Shown piece after piece: positions 28,144 through 38,841 of a stretch of DNA of 64,000 nt. The notes under the pieces were generated by a model. It was given only the letters and a program-made list of their open reading frames with translations, was not told where the DNA came from and did not search any database. The stretch is from Pirellulales bacterium. GTDB taxonomy: Bacteria; Planctomycetota; Planctomycetia; Pirellulales; UBA1268. Position 1 is the stretch's first letter. Each line of letters starts with the position of its first letter. The translations under genes were made by a program, and so were the position numbers. The stretch is from positions 542 through 64,541 of the forward strand of contig JAFMIU010000011.1 of assembly GCA_017853835.1 (NCBI GenBank), written 5' to 3'.

Positions 28144-30207
28144 TCACCATCCCAGTGCCAGGCCGATCCGGTAGATCAGGAAGGCTCCGACCCATGCCGC
28201 AGCCGTCATCCAGGTGAAGGTGACGACCGGCCAGATCCACGAGCCGGTTTCACGGCCGATCACCACGAGCGTGCTGGCGCACTGCGCACACAGGGCGAAG
28301 AACACCATGATGGAGAGCGCGACCGGGAGGGTAAACACGGGCCGGTTAGTGCCGTCCCAGCGGGCGGCCTTGAGGCGACGCTCCAGGGCCGTAGCCCCCT
28401 CGACCGCTCCCGGGTCGACGTCGCCCAGGTTGTAGATGACGCCGAGTGTGCCGAGGACGACCTCACGGGCGGGAAAACTTGCAAGCGCCGCACACCCGAT
28501 CCGCCAGTCCCACCCAAGCGGTCGAACGACAGGCTCGATGAGCCTTCCCGCCCGGCCGAGGATGCTCTGCCGCTGGGCCGCACCCCGCCTGGCCGCTTCA
28601 AGGCCGTCGTCGGTGTCGAGCGCCGCACGCTGGGCGATGAGTTCGGCGTGATCGGCACTCTGCGGATCGGTCGCAGCGGCCTGTGAGTCAAGCGTGGCTT
28701 TCAGTGCGGCCACGTCGGCCTCGATGACCGCCTCGTTGTGCGGATACGTCATGAGGGCCCAGAGCACGACGCTGAGCGCCACGATGAGGGTGCCGGCGTT
28801 TTGCAGGAACGACCACGACGCCTCGCGGGCCCGCTCCAGCACCACCGCAGGACGCGGCCACCGCCAGCTGGGAAGCTCCATCACGAAGGGCTGCGGCGGC
28901 CCCTTGAACACGGTTCGAGAAAGCAGCAGGGCGACCGCCGCCGCCACGACCACGCCGAGGGCGTAGAGGCAGGCGAGGACGACGGCCTTCAGGGGCAGCC
29001 ACGGCAGCCCCGCAGCTTGGTCGGGCACGAACGCGCCGCAGAGGAGGAGATAGACGGGCAGTCGCGCCGAGCAGCTCATCAACGGCGCCACGAGGATCGT
29101 GAGCAAGCGGTCGCGGCGGTTTTCGATCGTTCGCGCCGCCATAATGCCCGGGATCGCGCAGGCAAAGCTCGACAGCAGTGGGATGAAGGATTTCCCGCTC
29201 AGCCCCACGCCCATGAGCAGCCGGTCCATCAGGTAGGCGGCCCGGGCGAGGTAGCCACAGCCTTCGAGGATCGCGATGAAGAGAAACAGCAGGGCGATCT
29301 GGGGCACGAACACCACGGTGCCCGATACGCCGGCAAGCACGCCGTCCACCACGAGCGAGCGGATCGCACCGTCTGGCAGCACCCTTCGAACCAGATCGCC
29401 CACGTGATCCATGCCCGCCGAGATCATGTCCATGATCGGCGGAGCCAGCCAGAAGATCGCCGCAAACATCGCGAGCATCACGGAGGCGAAGACAAGCGTG
29501 CCCCACAGACTGTGGGTCAGGAGGGCATCGATACGGTCTTCTGATTGCTGGACGGCCTTTTCGGGCGGAGAGGTGATCCCGTCGAGAAGCCGATCGATGG
29601 CCGTGTAGCGGGCGATGGCTTCGGTGGCGGCGGCTGGTCGTGCCGAGGCAGACGGCGGGCCGTTGTCCAGCGGAATCGGCCTGGGGGCCGGGCTGCCGAC
29701 CGCCGAACAGATCCGATCCTTGAGGTCGCGAAGGCCTTCGCCGGTCGGCACGGCCACACGAACAACCGGGCACCCAAGTCGCTTGGAGAGTTCGTCAACG
29801 TTCAATCGAAGGCCACGGCGATCGGCGACATCGGCGAGCGACAGGGCTACGACGACTGGAATTCCAACCTCGAGGGCCTGTGTGGCCAGGAAGAGGTTTC
29901 GGGCCAGATTGGTCGCGTCGGCGACGACGAGAATGCAATCAGGCCTGGGGAGATCGTCGATCCGGCCGTGCAACACGTCCACCACCACCCGTTCATCGGG
30001 GCTCTGGGGACTGAGGCTGTAGGTGCCCGGAAGGTCGACGAGGTCGATTGCCTTTCCGGCATGGGTGAACCGTCCGACCTTTTCCTCGACCGTCACGCCT
30101 GGGTAGTTGCCGACCCGAGTCGGAATTCCGGCCAGCGCCGTGAAGAGCGTGCTCTTGCCGACGTTGGGATTGCCGAGCAACGCAACGGTGAGTGGGCTCG
30201 GCGTCAT
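28144..30207 (-). CDS. feoB: ferrous iron transporter FeoB
   Basis: Trimmed to ATG 30207. G-domain VALLGNPNVGKSTLFTALAG, DLPG, then a polytopic membrane domain. 687 aa. Confidence 0.92.
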   Translation of the reverse strand: MTPSPLTVALLGNPNVGKSTLFTALAGIPTRVGNYPGVTVEEKVGRFTHAGKAIDLVDLPGTYSLSPQSPDERVVVDVLHGRIDDLPRPDCILVVADATNLARNLFLATQALEVGIPVVVALSLADVADRRGLRLNVDELSKRLGCPVVRVAVPTGEGLRDLKDRICSAVGSPAPRPIPLDNGPPSASARPAAATEAIARYTAIDRLLDGITSPPEKAVQQSEDRIDALLTHSLWGTLVFASVMLAMFAAIFWLAPPIMDMISAGMDHVGDLVRRVLPDGAIRSLVVDGVLAGVSGTVVFVPQIALLFLFIAILEGCGYLARAAYLMDRLLMGVGLSGKSFIPLLSSFACAIPGIMAARTIENRRDRLLTILVAPLMSCSARLPVYLLLCGAFVPDQAAGLPWLPLKAVVLACLYALGVVVAAAVALLLSRTVFKGPPQPFVMELPSWRWPRPAVVLERAREASWSFLQNAGTLIVALSVVLWALMTYPHNEAVIEADVAALKATLDSQAAATDPQSADHAELIAQRAALDTDDGLEAARRGAAQRQSILGRAGRLIEPVVRPLGWDWRIGCAALASFPAREVVLGTLGVIYNLGDVDPGAVEGATALERRLKAARWDGTNRPVFTLPVALSIMVFFALCAQCASTLVVIGRETGSWIWPVVTFTWMTAAAWVGAFLIYRIGLALGW

Positions 30208-30220
30208 CGGTTGGCGTGAC

Positions 30221-30454
30221 TCAGCGGTCGCCGATCGCCACAAGAGCCGCCTCGCGGCGACGAATCGAGAGCCGATAGCCTCGAACCTCGAGTTCGAGCG
30301 GATCGCCAAACGGCGCCTTGCCGACGAGGCGGACATTCACGCCTGGCGTGACACCCATTTCCAGCAGGCGAATCGAAACGGGATCACCCCCCGCGACGTC
30401 GCGCACACGCACCGTCGAGCCAACCGCCACGTCATCGAGCGAACCTGCCTTCAT
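30221..30454 (-). CDS. feoA: FeoA family protein
   Basis: 77 aa. The pattern L.......G..v.v..v.......rLlemGv.pG..v.l..kaP.GdPlel.vrG..lsiRr..A..v is present. Confidence 0.85.
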   Translation of the reverse strand: MKAGSLDDVAVGSTVRVRDVAGGDPVSIRLLEMGVTPGVNVRLVGKAPFGDPLELEVRGYRLSIRRREAALVAIGDR

Positions 30455-30495
30455 GCGAAAACCTTGTCGGCGAAGGGTTTTTTGGCCACCATCCC

Positions 30496-30518
30496 GAGTT
30501 GAGAATAAGTCTCAACTC
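30496..30518. promoter_or_regulatory. candidate Fur-family operator in the feoA / bioD divergent promoter
   Basis: Perfect inverted repeat GAGTTGAGA-ATAAG-TCTCAACTC, 42-64 nt upstream of the feoA ATG. The core TGAGAAT-A-AGTCTCA is a 7-1-7 element one mismatch per half-site from the TGATAAT Fur half-site. It is an AT-rich island in GC-rich DNA. Confidence 0.4.
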
Positions 30519-30583
30519 CGTGGACTAGTTTAGGGCACATACGTGTAGAAATCAACAGACACCTTTTTCGTCGCAGTGCAAGC

Positions 30584-31276
30584 ATGGGAAGCCTTGGGTT
30601 CTTTGTGAGCGGCACCGACACGAACGTCGGGAAGACGTGGGTTGCGTCGGCGATCGTTCGTTCGCTCCTCGCGGCCGGAAAGCAGGTGGCGGTCTACAAG
30701 CCGGTGGCCAGCGGGCACGCGACCCCCGGATGTGCTGGGAGCGATGCCCGCACGCTCTGGGAGGCTGCTGGATGCCCTGGGCGGTTGGATGACGTCTGCC
30801 CGCAGTCGTTCGAGGCCGCGTTGCCCCCTGTTGCCAGTGCCCGCGTTGAGGGGCGCGCTGTGGATGAGGCGCTGCTTCGAAGTGGTCTTGCTGCGCTTCC
30901 TCGTCACGACGTGGTGATCGTCGAGGGGGCAGGCGGGTTGTTTTCGCCGGTGGGCCAGGAGACGCTCGTGGTCGACCTAGTTCGTGACTTCAACCTACCG
31001 CTGGTGATCGTGGATGCGGCCAGGCTCGGTGCCGTGGGGCGATCGCTGGCGACGATTCGTGCAGCGCGGGCTGAGGGGCTCGCGGTGGCGGCCGTGGTGC
31101 TTTCGCACACCCACCCGGTCCTCCCAGGCGACGTGGGGCCGCTCTCGGCGATCTCCATCGCCAAGGAGGCCGCCTCAAGCATCGCGGCACGAGGTGAGGT
31201 GGCTGTGGCGATTCTCGGCCACGGCCAGGAGCGTCTCCCCGAGGCCACGGAATGGCTGGCGGGCTTGTCGGGCTAG
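30584..31276 (+). CDS. bioD: dethiobiotin synthase
   Basis: GFFVSGTDTNVGKTWVASAI...YKPVASG and EGAGGL motifs. 230 aa. Confidence 0.85.
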   Translation: MGSLGFFVSGTDTNVGKTWVASAIVRSLLAAGKQVAVYKPVASGHATPGCAGSDARTLWEAAGCPGRLDDVCPQSFEAALPPVASARVEGRAVDEALLRSGLAALPRHDVVIVEGAGGLFSPVGQETLVVDLVRDFNLPLVIVDAARLGAVGRSLATIRAARAEGLAVAAVVLSHTHPVLPGDVGPLSAISIAKEAASSIAARGEVAVAILGHGQERLPEATEWLAGLSG

Positions 31277-31285
31277 ATGTGCGGG

Positions 31286-32287
31286 TCAGCCGGCAACATC
31301 GCAGAGCCGTCTCGCCGATTCAGCGGCGGAAACCGTCGTGATATGACAGCCCGTTCCCACTTCAAATCCGGCAAACTCGGAGAGTCGCGGAAGCATCTCG
31401 AGGTGCCAGTGCCATCCCGGCGGCACGGGCGACCCTGCGAGAGGGGCTTGATGCAGCCACCAGTTGAAGTGGCAGCCTGAGGCGAGTCGCTGGTAGCGGC
31501 CTGCCAGGTCACGGGTCAGGTCGGCCAGGGCGACGACCTGATCGGGTGAGGTGGCATGGAAGTGGGGCTCGGGCTCGCGGGCAATGAGCCACACCTCATA
31601 GGGCTGTCGCGGCGCTGGCGGAACGATCGCCACCACGCCTGGGCGTTCGGCCACGATCCTGCCAGACGCTGCTGCGGCCGCGATCAGGCTTGGAAAAGTG
31701 CCTGGATCGCGTCGGACGGCCTCGAGTTCCGCGGCCATCACCGGCGGCACGACGTCGATGGCCACGAGCTGGCTGTGCACGTGCTCGAGCGATGCTCCCG
31801 CCTTGGCCCCCGAGTTCTTGAACACCGTCGCCCAGGCCAGTGAGGTGGTGGCGGCAAGATCGGCGAGCCGGCGATGGCAGAGATGCCACACGTCCTGCCA
31901 GGCTCCCTGGTCGATCTGTGTGATGGCCGAGTCGTGTCGTGGCGATTCGATGATCACTTCGTGAATGCCGATGGCGGCCTGTTCGGTCGTCACGGCGATC
32001 TCAGGCGATGTCGTGATCGGATAGGCATTTGGCACGATCCGCGCATGCCACGGCCGCGCGGGATCGGCGGGTGCGCGAAGCACGTCCGGAGGTGTGCGGT
32101 GTTCGTTTCCCGCACAGAACGGACACCAGTCGTGGGCCGTCGCATCGATCGCCGCATGGGCAACAAGCATTCGGTCATCGGGCTTGCCGCCGCGCTGCGG
32201 TGCCACGAAAACAGGGCGTCCCGACACCGGGTCTCGGTGCATCGTTGGGGTGTGGTCGTTCGGTGATCTGGGGCGGGATGCGTTCAT
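31286..32287 (-). CDS. galactose-1-phosphate uridylyltransferase-like HIT-superfamily nucleotidyltransferase
   Basis: Trimmed to ATG 32287. Zn motif WCPFCAGNE, then NAYPI, and the HxHxQ active site EHVHSQLV. Substrate not inferable. Confidence 0.75.
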   Translation of the reverse strand: MNASRPRSPNDHTPTMHRDPVSGRPVFVAPQRGGKPDDRMLVAHAAIDATAHDWCPFCAGNEHRTPPDVLRAPADPARPWHARIVPNAYPITTSPEIAVTTEQAAIGIHEVIIESPRHDSAITQIDQGAWQDVWHLCHRRLADLAATTSLAWATVFKNSGAKAGASLEHVHSQLVAIDVVPPVMAAELEAVRRDPGTFPSLIAAAAASGRIVAERPGVVAIVPPAPRQPYEVWLIAREPEPHFHATSPDQVVALADLTRDLAGRYQRLASGCHFNWWLHQAPLAGSPVPPGWHWHLEMLPRLSEFAGFEVGTGCHITTVSAAESARRLCDVAG

Positions 32288-32424
32288 GGCCCGAGCAGTA
32301 TGAATGGTTTTCGACTTTCGTGGCGGGCATGGTCGTGTTGAAGCAGACTCGTGCCCCCCGTACACTCGGCTCACCGCGGCACCACGTTGGCCGCTCCTTC
32401 CCACCCGCGATCGAGGATCGAGGC

Positions 32425-32955
32425 ATGCTCACCGTCGGCGACACATTTCCGGAGTTTTCCTGCCAGGCCTGCGTGGGCACGGGGAAGGACGACATCAAAC
32501 GGATCACCAACGCCGACTATGCCGGGAAGTGGGTGGTGTATTTTTTTTACCCGAAGGACTTCACCTTCGTCTGCCCGACGGAACTGGCCGAGTTCAACCG
32601 GCAGCTTCAGGCGTTTGCCGATCGCGACACGAGCGTCGTGGGCGGGAGCACCGACAACGAGTGGTCCCACCTGGCGTGGCGTCGAAACCACGCCGACCTC
32701 ACCAATCTCGCCTACCCCTTGATCGCCGCGCAGAAGCTTGCGACGGCCCTCGGCATCCTCGAGAAGAACGACGGCTACTGTCTTCGGGCCACGTTCATCG
32801 TCGACCCGAACGGCGTGATCCAGTGGGTTGACGTCAATCAGGGGCGCGTCGGCCGCAACGTGACCGAGGTGCTCAGAGTGCTCGACGCTCTGCAGAGCGA
32901 CGAACTCTGTCCGTGCAACTGGAAGAAGGGCGATCCCTACGTGAAGGTGGGGTGA
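32425..32955 (+). CDS. 2-Cys peroxiredoxin (AhpC/Tsa family)
   Basis: Trimmed to ATG 32425. Peroxidatic Cys in FYPKDFTFVCPTEL. Resolving Cys in ELCPCNWKKGD. Confidence 0.9.
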   Translation: MLTVGDTFPEFSCQACVGTGKDDIKRITNADYAGKWVVYFFYPKDFTFVCPTELAEFNRQLQAFADRDTSVVGGSTDNEWSHLAWRRNHADLTNLAYPLIAAQKLATALGILEKNDGYCLRATFIVDPNGVIQWVDVNQGRVGRNVTEVLRVLDALQSDELCPCNWKKGDPYVKVG

Positions 32956-33344
32956 ACGTGTCTGAGCTGCGTTGGACTCCGCCGCCGCGATCCTGGCTGG
33001 GGAAGTTCGCCGATTCCTTTCGCGGCTTGTTCCTGGCGATCACCACCGAATCGAGCTTCGCAGCCCATCTTCCGGTGGCCTTTGCCGCCGTGGTGCTGGC
33101 CGCCTGGCTCGGCATCGAGCCCATCGAGTGGTGCCTGGTGGTGATGGCCATCGGCGGCGTGATCGCTGCGGAGATATTCAACACGTCGATCGAGTCGCTG
33201 GCGAAGGCGCTCGATTCCGGCCCGGACCCCCGGATCGGCAAGGCGCTCGACACGGCGAGTGCCGGCGTCCTGACCGCGGTCGGTGCGGCCATTCTCGTGG
33301 GCCTCGTCATCTTTGGTCCGAGGCTGGTCGCGCTGGTGCTGTGA
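32952..33344 (+). CDS. dgkA: diacylglycerol kinase (DgkA family)
   Basis: Three TM segments and the AAEIFNTSIESLAKAL (E..N.aIE) motif. Start is GTG 32952 (GTGA overlap with the peroxiredoxin stop) or GTG 32958. Confidence 0.8.
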   Translation: MNVSELRWTPPPRSWLGKFADSFRGLFLAITTESSFAAHLPVAFAAVVLAAWLGIEPIEWCLVVMAIGGVIAAEIFNTSIESLAKALDSGPDPRIGKALDTASAGVLTAVGAAILVGLVIFGPRLVALVL

Positions 33345-34563
33345 CCCCGGATCGCGAAGCATCGCGGAGCGACCGCAGTCGGCGACCGGCGTCACCGGTG
33401 AGTTTCAGGTAGTGGTCTGCGGGAAGCCCGTCGAGACCGATGAATCGGTCGGCGAGGCCCGGCGGTGGCTCGATGCATTTGAAGATGGCGGTGGCTTCGT
33501 CGCATTCGTCGAACATCGCCACGTAGATCGCCGTGGCTCCGACGCGCACCGCCTCCTCGGCCTGCCGCTCGAAAAACGCACCCCGGCGACGCGGAATCTC
33601 GCCAAGCGTGCTGCGGCCCGTGAGGTTGTGCCAACTGAAGCCCGGAAAGATCACCGGGAGATACTCGATCGCGTGATCCCGGCACCAGTCGAGGTCGCCA
33701 GCCCAATGGCGATCGGCATGGCGTGTCGCCTCGTCGGGCGTTCGATAACGGCCCACCGTCCAGGGGCTGATCACGTCCGCGCTCCGGGCGATCTCGTGCA
33801 GCATCGGGTCGGAGACGGCGTCGCGATCCCCCGTTCGCCATCCGGTCGGCACGCCGATCATCACCCGACAGCCGTCGGCGCGAAGCCCATCCATGAGGTC
33901 CCGACATTCCGTCAGGGAATACTCGCGTCCTTGGGCAAAACCGACTCCCCAGACTGCCACGAGCGGTCGTCCATCGAGGTGAAGATACGTCGGGTCATCG
34001 CAGACGCCCCGGCGGCGCAGGTGCCGCCAGTCGTCGAGCACATCGTGCACGCGACCATCCCGAAGGCCGGTCAGGTCGTACATCATCGCATAGACGCGGC
34101 CTTCCGTGGCGGCCGCGGCGCGGCAGTGGGCGAGCACGGTGTCGTGGTGGGAAAGGGTGTCGGGATCTCGAAGCATGACGGCAAATCGCTGCACGAACAC
34201 GCCGTCGATCCCGTAGTCCTTCATCCAGCGGAAGTGACGGCGAACCGTCGGCTCGAGGTGCGAACTAAATACCTCGACCGGCCTGCCCGACGTGTCCGTG
34301 ACCCCCAACGAAAACCGCTCGGTCGAGTCGAGCTCGCTCACGTCGGGCAGGAGGTCGACGCTGATCCGTGAGCCCTCGGTCCTTGCGGGGTCGCGCTGCT
34401 TCCAGTGTCGCCAGCCGATCGCTGCACCATCTCCCTCGGCCGTGAACCATCCTTGGTATCCGCACAGGATCCGTCCTTCGAGGCCATCGCGATCGACCGG
34501 CTCGGCCTTCACCGTTCCGACGGCGGCGAATACCACGGCGAGGATCACGATGCCTCGAATCAT
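33307..34563 (-). CDS. secreted glycoside-hydrolase-like TIM-barrel protein (GH99-like / WbsX-like; family uncertain)
   Basis: Start chosen at ATG 34563 (MIRGIVILAVVFAAVG signal peptide) to avoid overlapping the upstream gene. GYQGWF....W.HW near the N-terminus and AMFDECDEATAI near the C-terminus resemble the FNEW.EG catalytic segment of GH99-like domains. Confidence 0.5.
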   Translation of the reverse strand: MIRGIVILAVVFAAVGTVKAEPVDRDGLEGRILCGYQGWFTAEGDGAAIGWRHWKQRDPARTEGSRISVDLLPDVSELDSTERFSLGVTDTSGRPVEVFSSHLEPTVRRHFRWMKDYGIDGVFVQRFAVMLRDPDTLSHHDTVLAHCRAAAATEGRVYAMMYDLTGLRDGRVHDVLDDWRHLRRRGVCDDPTYLHLDGRPLVAVWGVGFAQGREYSLTECRDLMDGLRADGCRVMIGVPTGWRTGDRDAVSDPMLHEIARSADVISPWTVGRYRTPDEATRHADRHWAGDLDWCRDHAIEYLPVIFPGFSWHNLTGRSTLGEIPRRRGAFFERQAEEAVRVGATAIYVAMFDECDEATAIFKCIEPPPGLADRFIGLDGLPADHYLKLTGDAGRRLRSLRDASRSGVTAPARPASDQR

Positions 34564-34579
34564 GGCATACGGAGCGGCA

Positions 34580-35857
34580 CTACTTGGCACGAAGGTCGTA
34601 GCAGAGGATCGCATCGCCCTCCCGCAGGTAGAGGAGGCCGTCGAGGATCACCATGTGCGCCCAGCTCGGGCGATCGCCACTGCCCGGCACGGTGAACTGG
34701 CTGACCTCCTGGTAGGAGGATGGATCCGCCTTCACCAGGGCCAGCGTGCCGTTGGCGAATCGGATGTAGACATGACCGTCAGCGGCCATCACGTTGGCCG
34801 AGTTCTTTCCGCTGCCCCGCTCCTTCCAGGCAAGGGTGCCGGTCATCAGTTCGGCGCAGAACGGAATGCCCTTGTCGTCGGAGTCGCTGTAGAGATGGTC
34901 GCCGACGAGTACGATCCCGCCGTGTTTATTGGCCAGTTCCCGTTTGAGACCGTAGACCTCCTCGATCGTCACGCCGCCATCGGCCTGGGGCACCTGACGA
35001 AGCAGGGCGCCACCACGGCCGTATCCGGCGGAAAAGAAGACAAGATCCTCCCGAATGATGGGCGTGGGAATCACTGCCACGGTCTTGTCGATCGGATAGT
35101 GCCAGAGGAGGGCTCCTGTGTCGGCAGCCACGCCAACCGGCCCGCTTGCGGTGGTCTGAACGTAGATCTTTCGACCGCCCACGTGCGAGATGACGGCCGA
35201 CGCATGTCCGGCCCCGCGAACACCCGGCACCGTGCACCGCCACCGTTCGTCGCCGGTGCGCTTGTCGAGCGCCACGATCGTCGCTTCTTCGCCCCCCGGC
35301 GTGCAGATCAGCATGTCTCCGTCGATGAGAACCGACTCGCTGTAGCCCCAGGCATCTCCCTTCTTGCCCCCAAAGCGTTCCTTGAGGTCGACGCGGAACA
35401 CCTCCGAGCCGTCGACCGTTGTGCAGGCTACGAGGGTGCCGAAGGGCGTGATGACATAGACGATGTCGCCGTCGACCGTCGGCGTGCTGCGCGAACTCTG
35501 CCACGATTCCTGACCATCGTTCCAGGCCGGGCCGGTCTTCGTCTTCCACACCGGAGCGCCCGTCGCCCGATCGAAGCAGACGAGGTATTCGTCCTTGTCG
35601 TCCGCGGTGGAGAGGCCGTCGCCCAGCGTGTAGATCCTGGTGCCGACGATGGCGAGGCTTGCGTAGCCTCGGCCGGCGCCTTTCGTTTCCCACACGAGCG
35701 GCGGCCCCGCCTCAGGCCACGTTTCGAGCAGATTCGTGTCGGGCGCGAGGGCCGTTCGGGCAGCTCCGCGAAAGGTCGGCCAGTCGGTGGCCAGAGCGGT
35801 GGCGGCGGCCAAGGCGGCGGAAAGCGCAACGAGGGCTGGATGGATCGGAGACACCAT
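34580..35857 (-). CDS. PQQ-like beta-propeller repeat protein (BamB-like fold), secreted
   Basis: Trimmed to ATG 35857. Signal peptide, then DWPTFRG. Repeated ...G.iY.....g.l.a.d..tG...W... propeller blades. Confidence 0.75.
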   Translation of the reverse strand: MVSPIHPALVALSAALAAATALATDWPTFRGAARTALAPDTNLLETWPEAGPPLVWETKGAGRGYASLAIVGTRIYTLGDGLSTADDKDEYLVCFDRATGAPVWKTKTGPAWNDGQESWQSSRSTPTVDGDIVYVITPFGTLVACTTVDGSEVFRVDLKERFGGKKGDAWGYSESVLIDGDMLICTPGGEEATIVALDKRTGDERWRCTVPGVRGAGHASAVISHVGGRKIYVQTTASGPVGVAADTGALLWHYPIDKTVAVIPTPIIREDLVFFSAGYGRGGALLRQVPQADGGVTIEEVYGLKRELANKHGGIVLVGDHLYSDSDDKGIPFCAELMTGTLAWKERGSGKNSANVMAADGHVYIRFANGTLALVKADPSSYQEVSQFTVPGSGDRPSWAHMVILDGLLYLREGDAILCYDLRAK

Positions 35858-35966
35858 GGAAAACCTGTCGAGAGGATCGACTGCACCATTCGGACGACAC
35901 TCCGAAACGGTCAGCCTCTGGTGGTATAGTAGCAGCGTTCCCAGCCAACCAGCGAGGAGTTGTGTC

Positions 35967-36458
35967 GTGTCAAACGCGTCGGAAAACGAGAGCCTGTTTG
36001 GGAAGCGGGTGACCGTGGAGCAGGTGGAGGAAGGGCACGATCTGGCCCCGAAGTTTGACGCCCAGGGCCACATCCCGTGCGTGACGACCGACTTCCGTTC
36101 CGGCGAAGTGCTGATGGTTGCGGTCATGAATCGTGAGGCCCTGGCTCGAACCATCGAGACCGGCGAGGCCCACTACTGGAGCCGTAGCCGCCAGCAGCTC
36201 TGGCACAAGGGGGCCACGAGCGGTCTCGTCCAGAAGGTCGTTGAGATGCGGATCGACGACGATCAAGACTGCGTCTGGCTGCGGGTGGAGGTGGCGGGCG
36301 GGGCGAGCTGCCACGTCGGCTACCGATCCTGCTTCTATCGAAAGGTGCCTGTCGGCACCCAGCGGACCGAGGGCTCGGCGCTTGAGTTTCTCGAATCGGA
36401 AAAGGCGTTCGACCCGAAGCAGGTCTACGGCGACGCCCCGAACCCGACGCAGCTCTAG
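35967..36458 (+). CDS. hisI: phosphoribosyl-AMP cyclohydrolase
   Basis: Start GTG 35967, with GAGGAG 7 nt upstream. [17 protein letters not shown] and [27 protein letters not shown] motifs. Confidence 0.85.
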   Translation: MSNASENESLFGKRVTVEQVEEGHDLAPKFDAQGHIPCVTTDFRSGEVLMVAVMNREALARTIETGEAHYWSRSRQQLWHKGATSGLVQKVVEMRIDDDQDCVWLRVEVAGGASCHVGYRSCFYRKVPVGTQRTEGSALEFLESEKAFDPKQVYGDAPNPTQL

Positions 36459-36488
36459 GCTCGATCGCTGCAGCGACCTTCAGGGGCG

Positions 36489-37031
36489 TTAGGCGGCGAC
36501 CGACGCACGAAAGGCCATGCCCTGTTGGTCCTTCGCAGAGACGACAGGCTCCGCAGCGAGCGGCCAGTCGATCGCGAGGTCGGGGTCGTTCCACACGATG
36601 CACCGCTCCCCGGATGGGGAGTAGTAGTCGGTCGTTTTGTAGAGCACTTCGGCCGCCTCGGAGAGCACGAGAAACCCATGGGCCAGACCCGCCGGAATCC
36701 AGAGCTGCCGCCGGTTGTCGGCGGAGAGTTCATAGGCCACCCACCTGCCGAATGCCGGTGAGTCGGGGCGAATGTCGACCGCCACATCCCAGATGGTGCC
36801 GCGGACGGCTCGGACAAGCTTTCCCTGGGGACGATCGACCTGATAGTGGAGCCCGCGGAGCACATGCGCCCGGCTGAAACTCTGGTTGTCCTGAACGAAC
36901 GACACGGGAGCACCGATGGTCTTTTCGAACGCCGCGCGATTGAAGCTCTCGAAGAAATGGCCACGGGAGTCCTCAAACACCCTCGGCTCGAGGAGCAGCA
37001 CACCCGGAATCGCCGTCTCGGTCACGTTCAT
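36489..37031 (-). CDS. rfbC: dTDP-4-dehydrorhamnose 3,5-epimerase
   Basis: [23 protein letters not shown]...RGLHYQ...[17 protein letters not shown] are canonical RmlC motifs. Confidence 0.92.
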   Translation of the reverse strand: MNVTETAIPGVLLLEPRVFEDSRGHFFESFNRAAFEKTIGAPVSFVQDNQSFSRAHVLRGLHYQVDRPQGKLVRAVRGTIWDVAVDIRPDSPAFGRWVAYELSADNRRQLWIPAGLAHGFLVLSEAAEVLYKTTDYYSPSGERCIVWNDPDLAIDWPLAAEPVVSAKDQQGMAFRASVAA

Positions 37032-37912
37032 CGGCCTTCTTCCTCCCTGAGTTCGAGCAGGTAGCGGCCATAACCACTCTTGGCAAGCGGCGCGGCGAGT
37101 TGCTCCAGGTGGGCATCATCGATCCAGCCGTTTCTCCAGGCGATCTCTTCGGGGCAGCAGATCTTCAGACCCTGCCGTTTCTCGAGCGACTGAATGAACT
37201 GTCCAGCTTCCAGAAGACTGTCGTGTGTGCCGGTATCGAGCCAGGCATCACCACGGCCCATCACCTGCACGTCGAGCTGGTTGCGTTCCAGGTAGACGCG
37301 GTTGACGTCGGTGATCTCCAGTTCACCGCGAGGGCTTGGCTTCATCGTGCGGGCGATCTCCACGACGGCGTTGTCGTAGAAATAGAGACCGGTGACGGCG
37401 TACCGGCTCTTGGGGTCTTTTGGCTTCTCTTCGATCGACCTGGCCCGTCCGGTCGCGTCGAACTCCACCACGCCATACCGCTCCGGATCGGCGACGGGAT
37501 AGGCAAACACCGTGGCGCCGCTGGTCTGGCGGCCGGCGGCACGAAGCCGGTCGACGAGGCCGTGGCCGTAGAAGATGTTGTCGCCGAGCACGAGCACCGA
37601 TGGGCCGTCGCCAACGAAGTCGGCGCCGATGATGAAGGCCTGCGCGAGACCCTCCGGCTTCGGCTGGATCGCATACCGGATGTCGATCCCCCACGAGCGG
37701 CCGTCGCCGAGAAGTTCTTGAAACCGAGGGGTGTCGTGCGGCGTGGAAATCACGAGGATCTCGCGAATCCCGGCGAGCAGGAGCACGCTCAGCGGGTAAT
37801 AGATCATCGGCTTGTCGTAGACCGGCATCAGCTGCTTGGAGACGGCGAGGGTGACGGGGTGCAGCCGGGAGCCGGCGCCGCCGGCGAGGATGATGCCTTT
37901 TCGTGTCTGCAT
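37028..37912 (-). CDS. rfbA: glucose-1-phosphate thymidylyltransferase
   Basis: [17 protein letters not shown]...[18 protein letters not shown]. 4-nt overlap with rfbC. Confidence 0.95.
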   Translation of the reverse strand: MQTRKGIILAGGAGSRLHPVTLAVSKQLMPVYDKPMIYYPLSVLLLAGIREILVISTPHDTPRFQELLGDGRSWGIDIRYAIQPKPEGLAQAFIIGADFVGDGPSVLVLGDNIFYGHGLVDRLRAAGRQTSGATVFAYPVADPERYGVVEFDATGRARSIEEKPKDPKSRYAVTGLYFYDNAVVEIARTMKPSPRGELEITDVNRVYLERNQLDVQVMGRGDAWLDTGTHDSLLEAGQFIQSLEKRQGLKICCPEEIAWRNGWIDDAHLEQLAAPLAKSGYGRYLLELREEEGR

Positions 37913-37929
37913 GCCGGGACGTCCGTGGG

Positions 37930-38826
37930 TCAGGGGAGCAGTTCCGCCGCGATCGCGGCGATGACAGGAGCCACATTATCCTGCCACTCGGGCAGCCGCG
38001 TGCCCATGGCAGTTTCGAGCTTGGAGGTATCGAGTCGGGAGTTGGCCGGTCGACGTGCGGGAAGCGGGTAGTCGGCGGTGGTGATGGCCGCGACGCGCTG
38101 CGGCGTGCATCGAAGCGGCACCCCCGCCGTGGTCGCGGCGGCGAGGGTCTCGCGGGCCAAGCGGCACCAGGTGGTTTCGCCATGGGGAGCCAGGTGGTAG
38201 ATCCCGGTGGCAGGCTCCGCGCCGGCGGCGATCCGGGCGACAAACGCCGCCGTCACGTCTGCGATCAGCCCCGCCGACGTGGGCACGCCCCATTGGTCGT
38301 CCACCACCCGCAGGTCGTCGCGCTCCCGTGCAAGCCGCAGCATCGTCCGGATGAAATTGTGACCATGGGCCGCGCAGACCCAGGTGGTTCGGAAGATCCA
38401 GTGGCGGCCTCCCGCCGCCGCAACAGCCTGCTCGCCTTCGAGTTTCGTCGCACCGTAGACCGAAAGGGGATTCGGCGCGTCGGTCTCCGTATACCGTCCC
38501 GTCTTCGTGCCGTCGAAAACGTAGTCGGTGGAGTAGTGGATGAACACGGCGCCCAGATCCGCGGCGGCGGTGGCCATGGCGCCGACGGCGGTGGCATTGA
38601 CGAGCCTGGCTCGTTCGGGCTCCGCCTCGGCCTTGTCGACGGCCGTGTAGGCGGCTGCGTTGACGATCACGTCGGGCCGTTCGCGGTGAAGCAGGGCGAC
38701 GACGTCGGCAGGCCGCTCGAGATCGGCCGTCATGCGGTCAACGGCGGAGAGTGTGCCCAGGGCGGTGAGCGGGGCGATGAGCTCCCCGCCAACCTGTCCA
38801 CCCTTTCCCACGAGCACGATCTTCAT
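37930..38826 (-). CDS. rfbD: dTDP-4-dehydrorhamnose reductase
   Basis: [13 protein letters not shown]..., [20 protein letters not shown] and YGATKLEGE motifs. Confidence 0.92.
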   Translation of the reverse strand: MKIVLVGKGGQVGGELIAPLTALGTLSAVDRMTADLERPADVVALLHRERPDVIVNAAAYTAVDKAEAEPERARLVNATAVGAMATAAADLGAVFIHYSTDYVFDGTKTGRYTETDAPNPLSVYGATKLEGEQAVAAAGGRHWIFRTTWVCAAHGHNFIRTMLRLARERDDLRVVDDQWGVPTSAGLIADVTAAFVARIAAGAEPATGIYHLAPHGETTWCRLARETLAAATTAGVPLRCTPQRVAAITTADYPLPARRPANSRLDTSKLETAMGTRLPEWQDNVAPVIAAIAAELLP

Positions 38827-38841
38827 GCCAATCCCCGTCGC

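Noticed and set aside
28688-29773. 361-aa minus-strand ORF inside feoB in another frame
   Set aside because: It overlaps the feoB membrane domain out of frame. The product is Arg/Gly/Pro-rich. Spurious.
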